Origin: the human T2T-CHM13v2.0 reference genome, Homo sapiens
DNA: 64,000 nucleotides
Direction: 5' to 3' (one strand)
NCBI RefSeq assembly: GCF_009914755.1
Contig: NC_060930.1
Below are positions 39,824 to 61,030 of this stretch, in pieces. Numbering within the stretch: position 1 is the stretch's first letter; each line of letters starts with the position of its first letter. The notes under the pieces were generated by a model. That model saw only the letters and a program-made list of their open reading frames with translations, ran no database searches and had not been told where the DNA came from. The translations under genes were made by a program, and so were the position numbers.

Positions 39824-40328
39824 TAGTGGACAGTAATTATCCACACAAACCATACTGAACAAAAGGGAAAGAAGAGAAATGTGTAGGGGGCAACAGTATT
39901 TTTTAAATGGCCTTGTATCTTTGTTTAGAACCTTAATCTCACTTTCTCTAAAGTAGACCTGTGCCTCTGAAACACATGATTCTACAAAGAAGACTGCTGC
40001 CCCAAACTCCTTAAGAGGAAAAATTTTAATTTTTGTAATTTAAAAATATAATTAGTTCTATCTGAAGCACATGTGCATAACAAAGTTTATGCAAAGGGGA
40101 AGTGACATCCTAGGCCTAAGAAGAACTGCTGAAGCTAACTCAAAACCTCAGCAAAGAATGAAGACAATCACACTATGTACCACCTACCCAGACTACCTAC
40201 TCAATAATTTCCCCAAACAGAAGCAGCCAGAAGAGCAAGGGCTATTGCCTCAATTAAGTGATACAGTCACATATCTTGAAGCCCTTTAGAAGCTTCAATG
40301 TTATATGACATAAGACTATTTTGCCTTG

Positions 40329-41260
<932 letters not shown>

Positions 41261-42203
41261 AGACTGTTCTGCCTTGCTTCACTGCATCCACAGCCAATGG
41301 AACTTTTAGGTATTACCAACGGCAAAACTGGTCCTCAGACTTCCTGCCCAGCTCTCCCCAACCCGCCTAGCTATGCTCTGTGCAACACGGCAAGCGACAG
41401 TCTCAGTTTGAAATTACATTACATTGATTTATTGCTACTGCTAATCATTTGTCAAAACTCCCAATGTGCTGGGCAGAGACCATAACAGTCATGGTCTCAG
41501 CTCTGAGAAAGAGTGCTTTCCTGAACTCCCATCCATACTTTGACTTTTGTGAGGTGAAAAACACCTAATGTGATTATTTACAATCTATATATGGTTAAGT
41601 TCCTAGTACCTGAGGTCTATATCCAACTCTCTTGAGTGTATCTACCCTTCCTCAGCACTCAATAGTTGTAAAATAATAACTGAACTTAAACATTTTTGAA
41701 GGTCTCTAGCTTTCTATTAATACTTTATCTACTTCACATACACACATATATTAGACATGAACTTACCTAACCCTTTCTGAATCTGTTTCAGCCTGGATAA
41801 ACTAAAAAATAACACCATTTTAAAAAGACTTCCCATTTTGTCCAGAACTTTTCTTTGGAGAAGGGACTGCTCATAGTTTCACTGTTTTAGAATCTATACC
41901 ATCTCAACTGTTCTTCATTTGGGGGACTCTGATTATGTCCCCTCAGCCTCTTCTTTCTAGTCAGACTCAGATGACCTTTTTAAAGTCTTTTTTTCTATAC
42001 AATTTATTCAACAACAGAGTCTACACATCATTATACTCCTCCCACTTAGAAATTCTATCCCAGCGTTTTATTTTGTACTGGACATGTGGCATAGGAAATA
42101 ACTTTAGAGCTGGCACCATCCTTTCAAATATATCATTCGGAAAACAGCAACATTTCTGCCTTCAAGTACTAGTATAGTAGGCCCTGCCTTAGGTGATGCC
42201 TAC

Positions 42204-42352
42204 CTGTCCATGTCTTCCAGATTATCCACTGGTGACCCCAGCCGATCACTAAGCCGTCGCCGTTCTGGTGTGCTAACACAGAAGTGGTCATTGCCAACAG
42301 TGATCCTTAAGCTCTTTTCCAAAGAGTCAGAACACAGACCAGGAGAGCGTCT
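42204..42352 (-). CDS. ZNF318: ZNF318 exon 2 (149 nt; RRSPGLCSDSLEKSLRITVGNDHF...EDMD)
   Basis: Acceptor ttttgtag|AGA, donor AG|GTAGGC; phase joins exon 1 to exon 3; too short for the ORF track. Confidence 0.93.
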
Positions 42353-42435
42353 CTACAAAAGTAAAGGATAATATGGTTAGTCAATAGGGTCAAGACATCC
42401 CTACATCCAAAAACTCTCCTCCCTAGTTACAAAGT

Positions 42436-45340
<2,905 letters not shown>

Positions 45341-45639
45341 GCAGTGACTGTGGTCCTGCACACTTCATTCCGAAGCAGCAGCTCCAATTCATTTAAGCTA
45401 ACAGTTTACACTCTAGACGTAAAGCCTGGTAGGGTTCAAGCGTCCCTAACTCGCCACAAAAACGGACATTTCGGCTTTTTCCCCTAAGATCCAGGAAGGC
45501 AGCTCAGGTGTAAGGGGATGAAAAGTACGGAACCCCGAGGACACATCAACTCTACAAAAAGTACCAAGCCACACGGTTTGGACGAAATGCCCCTCGCCTT
45601 GGCAAACTTTCCACACCTCACCCGGCATGAGAGAAACAG

Positions 45640-46990
45640 CCTATTCCTAAGGAACGGAGCGCGCACTCCCGACGAGACGCCCGTGCGCTCCCGAGTCCGT
45701 TATTGTGTCAACGCTCCCGGGTCTGACAGAAGCCTCCAGGCTCGGCATCCCCGAGGGAGTTGGCCGGAGGCTTCGCGCTTAGGACCCTGGTCTGGAGGCC
45801 CCGGGCGTTTCTGGAAACGGGAATTCCGGGGGAGGGGACTGGGGGATGGAGGGAGTCCTGGACGAGGGGTGGGATTACCCGGCTGCCGCTGTCGCCTGGA
45901 TGGTCTCCGCGGCCGTCCCGGGCATAGTCGGCGCGGGACTCCCCTCGGCTGCTGCCTCTGAAGCCGGCCGGGCCCGGCGGGAAGAGTCGTCGGCCCCGCG
46001 GTGGCGACGGGGAGCCGCGACGGGCCCGAGGCGGGGACGGGGAGACGCGACGACCCCGTGGCGGGGACGGCGAGGCCCGGCGGCCGCGGTGCCCTGAGGG
46101 CGAGCGGGGTCGGCGAGCCGGGGTCCGCGACGAGGAGCCGGAGGGCGGAGGCGGCGGTGAGCTGCGGCGAGCCGGGCCTGAGGAGGAGCCAGAGCTGCGG
46201 CCGCTGCGCGGGCCGCCCCCGCCGTCGTCTTTAGGCCGGTGGGAAGAGACGGAGGAGCGAGCGCTGCTGCGGTACATGGTTCTTGCAGCGGCGGCCACGG
46301 CGACAGCTCTGACCCGGGGGCGCCCTAGACGCAGGCTCGGAGCGCGCCGCCGCAGCTGCAGCCGCCGCCACCTCGGCCGCTGCGCGCCGCCTCAGCCGCG
46401 GGAGCAGCCCCCTCCCCTCGGCCCCGCGTCGCCCCGGGGGCCCGGCCGAGCGCGCCCCCGCGGCTGGCGGTTGGAGGGCGCGAGCACGCGTCCGACACAC
46501 CCCCCCCCGCCTCCGGGGTTCCCCGCTCCTCCACTCAGGGAGCGGCCGCAGGAACCAAGAAAAGTGGGGAGGAGCACAGACGCCGGCGCGAGGCTGGGCG
46601 AGGGGAGGGGAAGCGAAGCGCGCGCCCTGAGCTCTGCACGCCCCGCCTCCGAATCCTCAAGATGGCGGCCGCAGAGCCGCCCACTTCCCCCTCCCGCGGC
46701 CGCCACGTGACCCCTGTGGCCTCCGCGCGGGGTGGGCGGAGCGGAAGGAAGGGCTTCTCTGGAGAGGGATCTGGTTTTCCGGGGATGCTCCAGGCCTCTG
46801 GACTTAGGGGTTTGGAGACCGTGCGGAGGTGTCTTCGCTCTTTCGTGCCGCCCCTCAAGCCTCTTAATTTAGGGATGGACACGAAATGGTTGAAAACCAT
46901 TCGTGATAATATAAACGGGCCTGTAAACGTTAGCTGTGTGGGAGGTTACGGACCCCGGCAGGAGCGCCCACCGAAATCCTGTCCCCAGCT
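45640..46990. promoter_or_regulatory. CpG island / ZNF318 promoter with YY1 (46658-46669), E-box CACGTG (46704-46709), GC boxes and ETS-like GGAA motifs
   Basis: Very high GC and CpG density; CAAGATGGCGGC, CCACGTGAC, CCCCGCCTCC, CACTTCC and CGGAAG read directly. Confidence 0.9.
45879..46277 (-). CDS. ZNF318: ZNF318 exon 1 coding part (133 aa; Arg/Ser/Pro-rich, SPSPPRxRR repeats)
   Basis: AGAACC-ATG at 46277; donor CGG|GTAATC at 45878; lies in a CpG island. Confidence 0.96.
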
Positions 46991-47109
46991 GAAGCAACAC
47001 GACCCGCATCAGTTTACTTTCCAGTTTGCCTAATTTCTAGAGGTTGAAATTGAGGATAGGAAAGTACGAGGTGGAGGTGGTGGGCCAGAATCAAACCCAA
47101 AATAGACGT

Positions 47110-47488
47110 TGTCAGGCCTCTGAGCCCAAGCTAAGCCATCATATCCCCTATGACCTGCACGTATACATCCAGATGGCCTGAGGCAACTGAAGAGCCACAA
47201 AAGAAGTGAAAATAGCCTTAACTGATGACATTCCACCATTGTGATTTGTTCCTGCCCCACCCTAACTGACAGGATATATTCTCCCCCTTGCCCTTAAGTA
47301 GGTGCTTTGTAATATTCTCCCCCGCCCTTAAGAATGTACTTTGTACACCTATCCCAAACCTATAAGAACTAATGATAATTCCACCACCCTCTGCTGACTC
47401 CTTTTTCGGACTCAACCCGCCTGCACCCAGGTAAGATAAACAGCCTTGTTGCTCACACGAAGCCTGTTTGGTGGACTCTCTTCACACG
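47110..47488 (+). mobile_element. Solo HERV-H LTR (LTR7 family, probably LTR7B/C-like), last ~13 nt missing
   Basis: Starts TGTCAGGCCTCTGAGCCCAAGCTAAGCCATCATATCCCC; has GCTGACTC..TTTTCGGACTCA.CCCGCCTGCACCCAGGT and GCCTGTTTGGTGG..CTCTTCACACG; TATA-like TATAAGA at 47361. Confidence 0.9.
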
Positions 47489-47680
47489 TTTTCGAGCTGT
47501 TTTCTGACTAAAGTACTTGTGGTCATGGTGGAGGTCCTTCATTACCAGGGGCCCACATCATGACCAACTGGAGGCGTGGCAAGTTTTTGTAAGAGATCCA
47601 GGCATGCCCCCTCCCCTGGCCTAAGTCCAGAATTTTCCTAGATGCCAATCTCAGGGCCCTGCATCCTAAATACAAAAGTG

Positions 47681-49310
<1,630 letters not shown>

Positions 49311-49998
49311 TGGGAAGGATCTCTTTTAAATGACTCCAAGTTCGTTAGCTTGTGTGTCCACTTGGCTCACAGGATAACTCATGCATCTTTGCCCCAGTGG
49401 CGAAGGCAGTGCAGCTCACTCCCCATGGCTCCCACCTTATTCACCATCCCAGCACAGTTAGCCAGCATCTTGCTTTTGGACTTCCCCCAGGTAGGGGTTA
49501 AGACACTATCCCTGTGGATCTCCAAACTCCAGGAGACACAAGCCAAACATTCTAAGAGGTTCTAGTAGAAGGCTTTATCTCACTTGGCTCCCCTCTCCCG
49601 CCCCAGAGTGGCAGGAGAGGAAATACAGAGCCCACAGGTAACTGTCCGACACAATCTTCATTCTCTTATATAGACTGAGGGTGGATGATTAGTAATGCTG
49701 GCAGACTAGTTCATATTCTATCATCACCCTTTAAGATGGGGGAATGGGAATACCTGGCATCTGTTGTATTGCCTTCTATTTTTGAGGCCTTTGCTGAAAC
49801 TCCAGAGACAATAGGAAGAACCCAGTTAACGTACCGTCCCTGTTGTCTGTCATCAATTCAAGAAATTTTTATGAGACTTCTGATGAAGATGGTGAAATGT
49901 GTAAAGGCTTTCACACATACACACATACCACCCCATAGTAGACATACCGCAATGACATATAAAACCTTAAAAGAGAAAAGTAAGGAGACTAGGATGTA

Positions 49999-50377
49999 TG
50001 CTATGGACTGAATTGTGTTTCCCCCACCACTACTCCAAATTCATTTGTTAAAGCCCTAACCCCCAATGTGATGCTATTTGGAGAAGAGTCCTTTGGGAGG
50101 TAATTAGGGTCAGATGAGGTCATGAGGGTAGGGCCCCCATGATGATAGTGTCTTTATAAAGAGAGGAAGAGACACCCATGCCCTCTCTCTGCTATGCAAG
50201 CACACAGTGAGAAGGCAGTGTCTACAAACCAGGAAGAGAGCACTCACCAGGAACTAAATTGGCTAGCACCTTGGTCTTGGACATTCCAGCCTCTAGAACT
50301 GTAAGAAATAAGCACGTGTTGTTGAAGCCACCCAGCCTTACGGTATTTTGTTACAGCAGCTCAAAACAGCTAATACA
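49999..50377 (+). mobile_element. MLT1A-like MaLR solo LTR
   Basis: TGCTATGGACTGAATTGT...AAGCCCTAACCCCCAATGTGATG...GGTATTTTGTTACAGCAGC...TAATACA. Confidence 0.85.
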
Positions 50378-50764
50378 CTCTGAAACGAGATAACCACCTC
50401 CCCATGGACCTCATGGGCTTTGAAATGAGTCTAGAATCAAGGGTAGCAGTTAGAGATTTGGCTCCTGTGAGATAATGGAAATGTAAGTGCTCCTCAGGAG
50501 GTGGAGGACCTGGGACAGATTTTTAGCTTAAAGCCAAGGACATGCCTGTCCCTACATGCGAGCTGAACAAATTACTGCCAACCTTCTGCTTGGGGCTAAG
50601 TTTCATGGGAATGTGCCATGTGGGTGGGAAGATAAAAATATTGACAGCCTTTAAACAAGAACTGAGCCTAGACACTCCCTGCTCAGTGACTGGAATGGTA
50701 ATATCCTAATATTACCAATATTACCTATACACCAGTAATAACTAATTAGAAAATACGATTCTGA

Positions 50765-53401
<2,637 letters not shown>

Positions 53402-53463
53402 TAAGAAATGTGAAGCTTGAATAGCACTATCTGTGTGCTAACAAGCAATTTGTTTCTCAGATA

Positions 53464-54001
53464 TGCTAGTCAGCCACCAAAATGGCCCCTAATGATCCCT
53501 GTCTCTTGGTATTCACTCCCTGGTATGGGCTCCTCCCATATTGTACAAAGGTTGGTCTGTGTGACCAATAGAATATGACAGAGGTGATATGTATCATGTC
53601 CAAGATTAGGTTATTAAAGCCATTGTGGCTTCCATTTTGAGCACACTTTCTCTCTCTGGGATCATATGATTTTGGGGGAAAACACCTGCCATGTTGAGCA
53701 ACCCTATGGAAAACCCCATGTAGTGAGAAACTGAGGTCTCCTGACAACAGAAGCAAGGAATTGAGGCCTCCAGGCAACAGCCATGTGGGTGAGTCATCTC
53801 ACAAGCAGATACTCAAGTATATCAAGCCTTCAGATGACTGCGGCCCAAGCCAATATCTTGAGTGCATCTTCTTGAGAGACCCTGAGCCAGGACCATCTAG
53901 CAAATCACTTCCATAGTCCTCATCCTCAGAAACTGTGAGATAAAAGTGCTTGTTTTAGGCTGCCAACCTGGGAGTAATTTGCTATGCAGATAGCTAATAC
54001 A
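53464..54001 (+). mobile_element. MLT1F/G-like MaLR LTR
   Basis: AAAATGGCCCCTAATGATCCC...GACCAATAGAATATGACAGAGGTGAT...AAGCCTTCAGATGACTGC...CTCAGAAACTGTGAGATAA...TAATACA. Confidence 0.8.
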
Positions 54002-54315
54002 CAACCCTAGAGAATAAAAATTGCTTTTGGTATAGCCCCTACCTTTATTCTATGAGGCACTAATAACCCTTTTTAACCTTGAATTTGGAGAAACCCTGAA
54101 TGCAGGCAGTTAATTCATATGTGGATGTTTCACATCCAAATGCTTTTTGTCTGGTCCCCCAGATCACCATGGTTTCTATTTTATAACTAGTACATACTAT
54201 ATACTAATATATAGTATTATATTACTATAATAATATGGTATTATAATCATAATACCGTAATCACACAAAACACGAATGTACATCTTACCAGCTTATTAAA
54301 AAACAAATAAATACT

Positions 54316-56465
54316 GGCCAGGCACAATGGCTCATGCCTTTAATCCCAACACTTTGGGAGGCCGAAGTAGGGGGATCGCTTCAGCTCAGGAGTTCGAGAC
54401 CAGCCTGGGCAATATAACAAAACTCCATCTGTACTAAACAACAACAACAACAAAATAGCCAGGTGTGGTGGTGCATGCCTGTAGTCATAGCTACTTGGGA
54501 GGCTGAGGCAGGAGGATCACTTGAGCCCAGGAGTTCAAGGCTGCAGCAAGCTATGATAGCACCACTACACTACAGCCTGGGCAAGAGTGAGACCCTGTCT
54601 CAAAAAAAAAAATAACAAAATAAAAATAAATAAAATGAAATAAAAATAAATCTAACAGCAATATTATGGAAATGTTCAAGGTTTTGAAGGAAAGGTCCTG
54701 GGTGATCTGAGACATGTATTAAGATCTGCCATGGTCAGAGAGATTAGGCAGGACTTCCCTGAGAAGCGGTATTTGAGCTGAGATCTGAAAATAAGTAGGA
54801 GGTAGTAGAGCATAAAGCCTGGTAGGCAGAGGGACACCTAATCTAGTACTTCCTAACAGTTACCCTTTTCACTGTCCTTGTCCTCTGTTTACACCAGCCA
54901 CTTACCCAGTCCCCACCTGTTCTCATCCCAGGGTAGACAGGAATCACTTCTTGACATACCTGTAAACATTACTGGTGTAAGGTTTAGAAAGCTGAGCTGT
55001 ACACAAAGCCCTGTGGCAGGAGAAACCCTGGTGATCTGATTGACCAGACAGAAGGCCAGTGTGACCAGAGGGCAGAAAGAAAGGAGAATAGTGAGAAATG
55101 AAGCTGAAGAGGTATGCAGAGGTTGACCACGTCCAGCATATTAAACATTATAAACATTAATCTGCGTGCATGCCTGTGTGCACACTATACTTGACCAAAC
55201 TGTTTAGCCCTGTTGGAATTTTTTTTGTTTTAATAGGTTGTAGCTCACTGCAGCCTTGAACTCCTGGACTCAAGCAATCCTCCCACCTCAGCTTCCTGAG
55301 TAGCTGGGACTACAGGCATGCATCACCACACCCAGCTAATTTTTTTATTTTTTGTAGAGACAGAGTTTTGCCTTGTGGTCCAGGCTGGTTATTTTTAAAT
55401 TTTTATTTATCTATTTTTGAGACAGGATCTCACTCTGTTGCCCAGGCTGGAGTGCAGTAGTGCGATCTCAGCTCACTGCAGCCTCTACCTCCTGGGTTCA
55501 AGCAATCCTCCCACCCTCAGACTCCCAAGTAGCTGGGACTACAGGCATATGCCACCATGCCTGGCTAATTTAAAATTTTTTTTGTACAGACAGGGTATCC
55601 CTATATTGCCCAGGCTGGTGTCAAAGTCCTGGGCTCCAGCTATCTGCCTGCTTCAGCTTCACAAAGTGCTAGGATTGCAGGTGTGGGCCACCGAGCCTGG
55701 CCCAGGCTGGTTATCCTTTAAGTCCAAGATTAATGAGGTGTAACTGGCTCAGATGATGTGATTGCTGGTACCTATCCAAACAAACTCCAGCTTCATGTAG
55801 GAAACATTTGGCCAGAAGAGGGACAGTGAGCCCTCCAGAAAGACAGATGTGATGCTCAACTCACTCAAGAGTTCTCGTCTAGAATTGTGGTCCATTGTTT
55901 GTAGATAATGGGCAAAGTGGGTCACGCCTATAATTCCAGCACTTTGGGAGGCCAAGATGTGAGGATCACTTGAGTCCAGGAGTTTGAGACCAGTCTGGGC
56001 AACATAGCAAGACTCCATCTCTACAAAAAATGCAAAAATTAGCCAGGTGTGGTGGCTTGTATGTGTGTAAATCAAATTAATTACTTTGGGGAGGTTCTAA
56101 AATTATGAGTGATTAGTTTCTCTTGCTTTGAAATAAACTTAGGCCTAGAGTATAACTTTACTTAGAATTAAGGTGTTTGGGCCAGGTGTGGTAACTCACA
56201 CCTATAATCCTAGGGCTATGAGAGGCCAAGGCAAAAGGATTGCTAGAGGCCAGAGGCCTGGGCAACATAGTGAAACCCTGTGTCTACAAAAGTAAAAATA
56301 AAAAAAATTAGCCAGTCATAGTTGCTCAGTCCTGCAGTCCCAGCTACTGGGGAGGATTGCTTGAGCCCAGGAATTTGAGGCTGCAGTTAGCTATGATTGT
56401 GCCACTGCACTTCAGCTTGGCCAACAGAGCAAAACTCTGTCTCTAAAAAATAAAAATAAATAAAT
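54316..56465. mobile_element. Alus: +54316-54650, -55240-55390, -55397-55702, +55910-56065, +56179-56465
   Basis: Alu consensus. Confidence 0.85.
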
Positions 56466-58682
56466 AAAGGAATGGGAGAAAAGATGAGAAGAGAATGTAA
56501 ATGGGATGATGACAACATTTTGGAAGCCAGAAAACAGATGGTGTTAGGTAACTAACAGCAAAGCAGAAAAAGCTGAAACTTAGGCATGCAGGTGGGTAAC
56601 CCAGAAGGAACCAAAATGGTTCATACACAGAACTCTGACCCTCTTAGACACCCCAGAGACTTTTGAAGGTGGGTTTGGGTGTGGTGCTGAAATGTAGAAT
56701 TGGGTTGAAAGTTGGTACGAGGAGCAGTTGGATTCTTCAGTCTCTTCATCTAGCCCATGAAGCAGATGACTGCCCCTTCCCTCCCTTGGTGGAAGAACAG
56801 ATTTCATGTTTAGTACTATATCAGTACTATCACTCGCCAAAAGAAAAAAAGGCACTGAAATGTATCTGAATTGTTTAAAACCCTAATAATTGTAGCTGTC
56901 AGGCACTCTGTTAGGTTCTAGTCCATAAAGATGAATAAAACATGGTCCTTATCTTTGAGAAACTCACAGGTTTTTTTAAATGTAGCTTTCAAGATACCAA
57001 TAAAAACAAAAGCATATCATGAGGCATTGCATCCCTCTGTACAATGTCATAGACAGGAGTTCTGTATATGGAGACTTCTTTGAGGACTGGGTGGCCAAAA
57101 AAGGCTACCCTCCTTTGTGTAAAAGTTACATTTTGATGTTCTTGGTGATTCTCAAGGCAGTAAGGAGCCAATTTGGCTTGAATGCTGGTTTTTAGAAGGG
57201 AATAGGCAAAGATGCATTTGGAAAGGTAACTTGGCATTAATCTGGTAAGAAACATGGATTTCAGAGTAAGGTGTCCAGATTTTACCCTGTCATTGGAGAT
57301 TTTTGCATAGGATGACAGAATAAAGTGATCTACCCTTTCTGTGTTTTAGGAAGAAGAAAATGACAGGTGCTAAGAGAGAGAGGAAAGGGTAAGACGGGCT
57401 GGGACCCTGTATCAGTCAGGGTTTCCAGCTGCAAGAAAGAAAAATGAATTCTTGCTAACAAAAGCAGAAAATAAAGTGGTTGAAATTAAACTGTGCAGTT
57501 CACAGTATTGATGGGAAATCTATAAAGAACAAGGCTCAGAAAATCCCTCCTACTGCCTGTTATCCACATATATCCTTCTTCCCATACTTAACTCTTCCAA
57601 AAAAAAATTTTCCTGTCCAGCACGCTTTGGACATCCCTTATACAAATGAAAATCACTTACTGCCTCCCTCAAAATAGCCTCAGATTTTAGCAGTCACTAC
57701 ATCCAGTTCCAAGCCCAGGGAGTCTTGTTGATGCCTATTCCTAGTTCTGCCCAGTCTTGTCTTGATATCTTTGTAGATTAGCTTGTAATGTTATCAATCA
57801 CCAACACATCATTTTTTTTTTTTTTTTGAGATGGAATTTTGCTCTGTCACCCAGGCTGGAGTGTAGTGGCTCAATCTCAGCTCACTGCAACCTCTACCTC
57901 CCAGGTGGAAGCAATTCTTATGCCTCAGCCTCATGAGTGGCTGGGACCACAGGCACGCACCACCACGCTTGGCTAATTTTTGTATTTTTTTTTTTTAGTA
58001 GAAACGGGGTTTCACCATGTTGGCTGGGCTGGTCTCGAGCGCCTGACCTCAAGTGATCTGCCCGCCTCGGCCTCCCAAAGTTCTGGGATTACAGGCATGA
58101 GCCACCGTGCCCGGCCAACACATCATTTACTAAAAAAAAAAGAGAGAGAGAGAAAAAAGAGAAATCAGTTAAGATATATGAATATATTTAGGAAAAATCA
58201 AGGAAAGAAATATGGAAAGAGGCTACCATTCTCATTTCCACAACTAATCAGAAGGCTGTGGGTATTTATGACTTCTGTCCTCTCTACTAGTTCTGTGGTC
58301 TCTTTGCCTTTAGGCAGAACCTCAGCTGGTCAGTATATGACCCAAATCTCATTTCTGAGAGATCCAAGCTTTTGGTGGTCCTGCCTATTCAAGGGGTTAA
58401 AGATGTCTTTCATTAACTTTTAGTTCTGATCATGGTTTCATGAGGATGCACCCCAGGGGATCCCCTCTGTACCATCAATATGCCTCTTGACCCCAGTGTG
58501 TAACTACAATCTTATTTCTTCACAAAAATCAGGATTAATGACTCAATACCATAACTTACCATAACTTCTTTTTTCCCCGTTGATCTACTGCAGTGAGGAA
58601 CCCAAAGTGGCCAGTGGCCATCTCACCCTAAACTGTTGTTCCTACTGGTGGAATATTTCTCACCAGCAGAGCTCAGAGTTGA

Positions 58683-59178
58683 TGTAGTGGGGAGAATAAT
58701 AGTTCCCAAAGATATCCACATCTTAATCCTCAAAACCTATGAATATGTTACATGATAAGAGGGAATTAAGGTTGCAGATGGAATTAAGGTTGCTAATTAG
58801 CTGGCCTGAAGATGGGAAAATGATCCTCTATTATCTAAGTGGGCCCAATGTAATCACCAGTGGTTACCTTCTAAAAGCAAGAGGGAGGCAGGAGAGTCAG
58901 TATTAGAGCACTCCATCATGGGAAAGATTCGACCAGCCATTGCTGGCTTTGAAAGGGGGGCCATGAGCCAAGAAATGTGGGTAACCTCCAGAAGTTAAAA
59001 AAGCCAAGGGAACAGGCAAGATTTGTCACCTAGGGCCTCCAAAAGTAACACAGCCCTGTCCACACCTTAATTTTAGCCCAGTGAGACCCATTTTGGATTT
59101 CTGCACTCCAGAGCTGTAAGATAATAAATATGTGTTGTTTTTTACTTTCCAAGTTTGTAGTAATTTGTTAAGGATACA
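58683..59178 (+). mobile_element. MLT1D-like LTR
   Basis: TGTAGTGG..AGAATAAT...CCCAAAGATATCCACATCTTAATCC...GGAATTAAGGTTGCAGATGGAATTAAGGTTGCTAAT...TTTTAGCCCAGTGAGACCC. Confidence 0.85.
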
Positions 59179-59601
59179 AGTGTATTTTTTTTTTTTTTTG
59201 AGAAACTGTCCCACTCTGTTGGCCGGGCTGGCATGATCATGGCTCACTGCAGCCTCAACCTCCTGGGCTCAAGCAATCCTCCCACCCCTCAGCCTCCCAA
59301 GTAGCTGAGACTATAGGTATATGCCACCACACCCTGCTAATTTTTTGTACTTTTTGTTGGGACTGGATTTTGCCATGTTCCCCAGGCTGGTCTTGAACTC
59401 CTGGGCCCAAGAGATTCCCTTGCCTCAGCCTCCCAAAGTGCCGGGGTTACAGGTGTGAGCTACCACGCCCAGCCACAAGTGTAACTGTAATAGGTACCAC
59501 CTCACCTATATATCTCATCCCCACCCTTGTATATTTTTGGTTATGAGAGAAATGCTCCACATCGTTGGTCACTATTTCAGAGCTTATGTCACATTCTGTA
59601 G

Positions 59602-59930
<329 letters not shown>

Positions 59931-60499
59931 TGATCTTATGAGATGTTGTCTCCAGTTGGCAAAATAAAAACTAAGACCTCAGTAAGCCTATTCTATAAGA
60001 CTAGCTGGAATATACAATAAAACTAAATAAGGAATCCCAGAAGAGTTGAATTGTGTATCCCAGCTGTCTTACTTCTTCCACCGTAAAAGTACTCCCTTGG
60101 CCAAAAGCATCATTGTGTGGGATGTCATGTTGAATGCCTTATGAGTCATTCAGTAAGTTTCTGGATGGTGCTGGCAAAAATACAGTGAGTAGGAAAAATA
60201 TATAGAAATTTAAAGTAAGTTTCTTCTACAATGAAGATAAATTACTGCCCTGTCCATGAAGGAAGAGGTCCAAACTGGCAGTAGCAGGTCAATCTTAGTG
60301 TGAGAACGTCCACGTGATTGAGCCTTTACACTCAACATGCATTGCCTCCATCAGTGGTCCCATGGTCACTTTGTTCACAAGCTCATACAGCACACTCTGG
60401 TGTAACTAGGGGAAAGGGTGGATACCATCCATAGAGCAGTTCATCTTCTCTACCTGATTGTTGATACCCTCTTCTACTCACGAGGCACAAATGTTCTCA

Positions 60500-61030
60500 T
60501 TATAGTAGATTGGTTTTCTCAACATACGTTCTAAACTCCTTAGACTGGTTTTCTCAACATACATTCTAAACTCCTTCGTACCTTTCTATACTGAGAGTCT
60601 AGAAAGATAAAAGCTGTATTTCTCAGATCCTATTACAGTTATGGTTTCAGGTGTAATTGAGATTTTTGCCAATCAGGTATATTCCCATGAGACTTGAATG
60701 TGAAACCCAGTTAACTGAGTGATGTGGAGAAAGAGGCAGGATATGAAGTATTCACTTTGCTGCTGTGAATCATGACAGAGGAAGTGTGGTTCTGTGGTTA
60801 CCGACGTGCTGATTTGCTGGTTTCCTGCAGTGGAAGCCATAGCTTACCCAAGCATAGCAGAATCAGTGAGATTCTGGGTGTGGGGAGTGCTCTTACAAGC
60901 TCCACCTAAAGCTTCTTCCCCTACCCCTTACAAATATTGTGTAAGCCACGTGATCCCTGGTAATAACGCCCTTCTCCCTTAAATTAAGTAGAGTGGTATC
61001 TGTGGTCTGCAACTGAATCATGACAGATAC
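60500..61030 (+). mobile_element. ERVL-class LTR (LTR33/LTR16-like), with a 35-bp tandem duplication at its start
   Basis: 3' end CTTAAATTAAGTAGAGTGGTATCTGTGGTCTGCAACTGAATCATGACAGATAC; duplicated TAGA(T/C)TGGTTTTCTCAACATAC(G/A)TTCTAAACTCCT. Confidence 0.5.

Noticed and set aside
46278-46298. In-frame GTG in GCCGTGG context 7 codons upstream of the ZNF318 ATG
   Set aside because: The ATG at 46277 has A at -3 and gives the recognised 2279-aa protein; nothing in the sequence supports a non-AUG extension.
45518-46900. Many overlapping GC-rich ORFs on both strands in the CpG island
   Set aside because: Expected from stop-codon scarcity at very high GC. Only exon 1 and, tentatively, the YY1-ATG ORF at 46662 have supporting signals.
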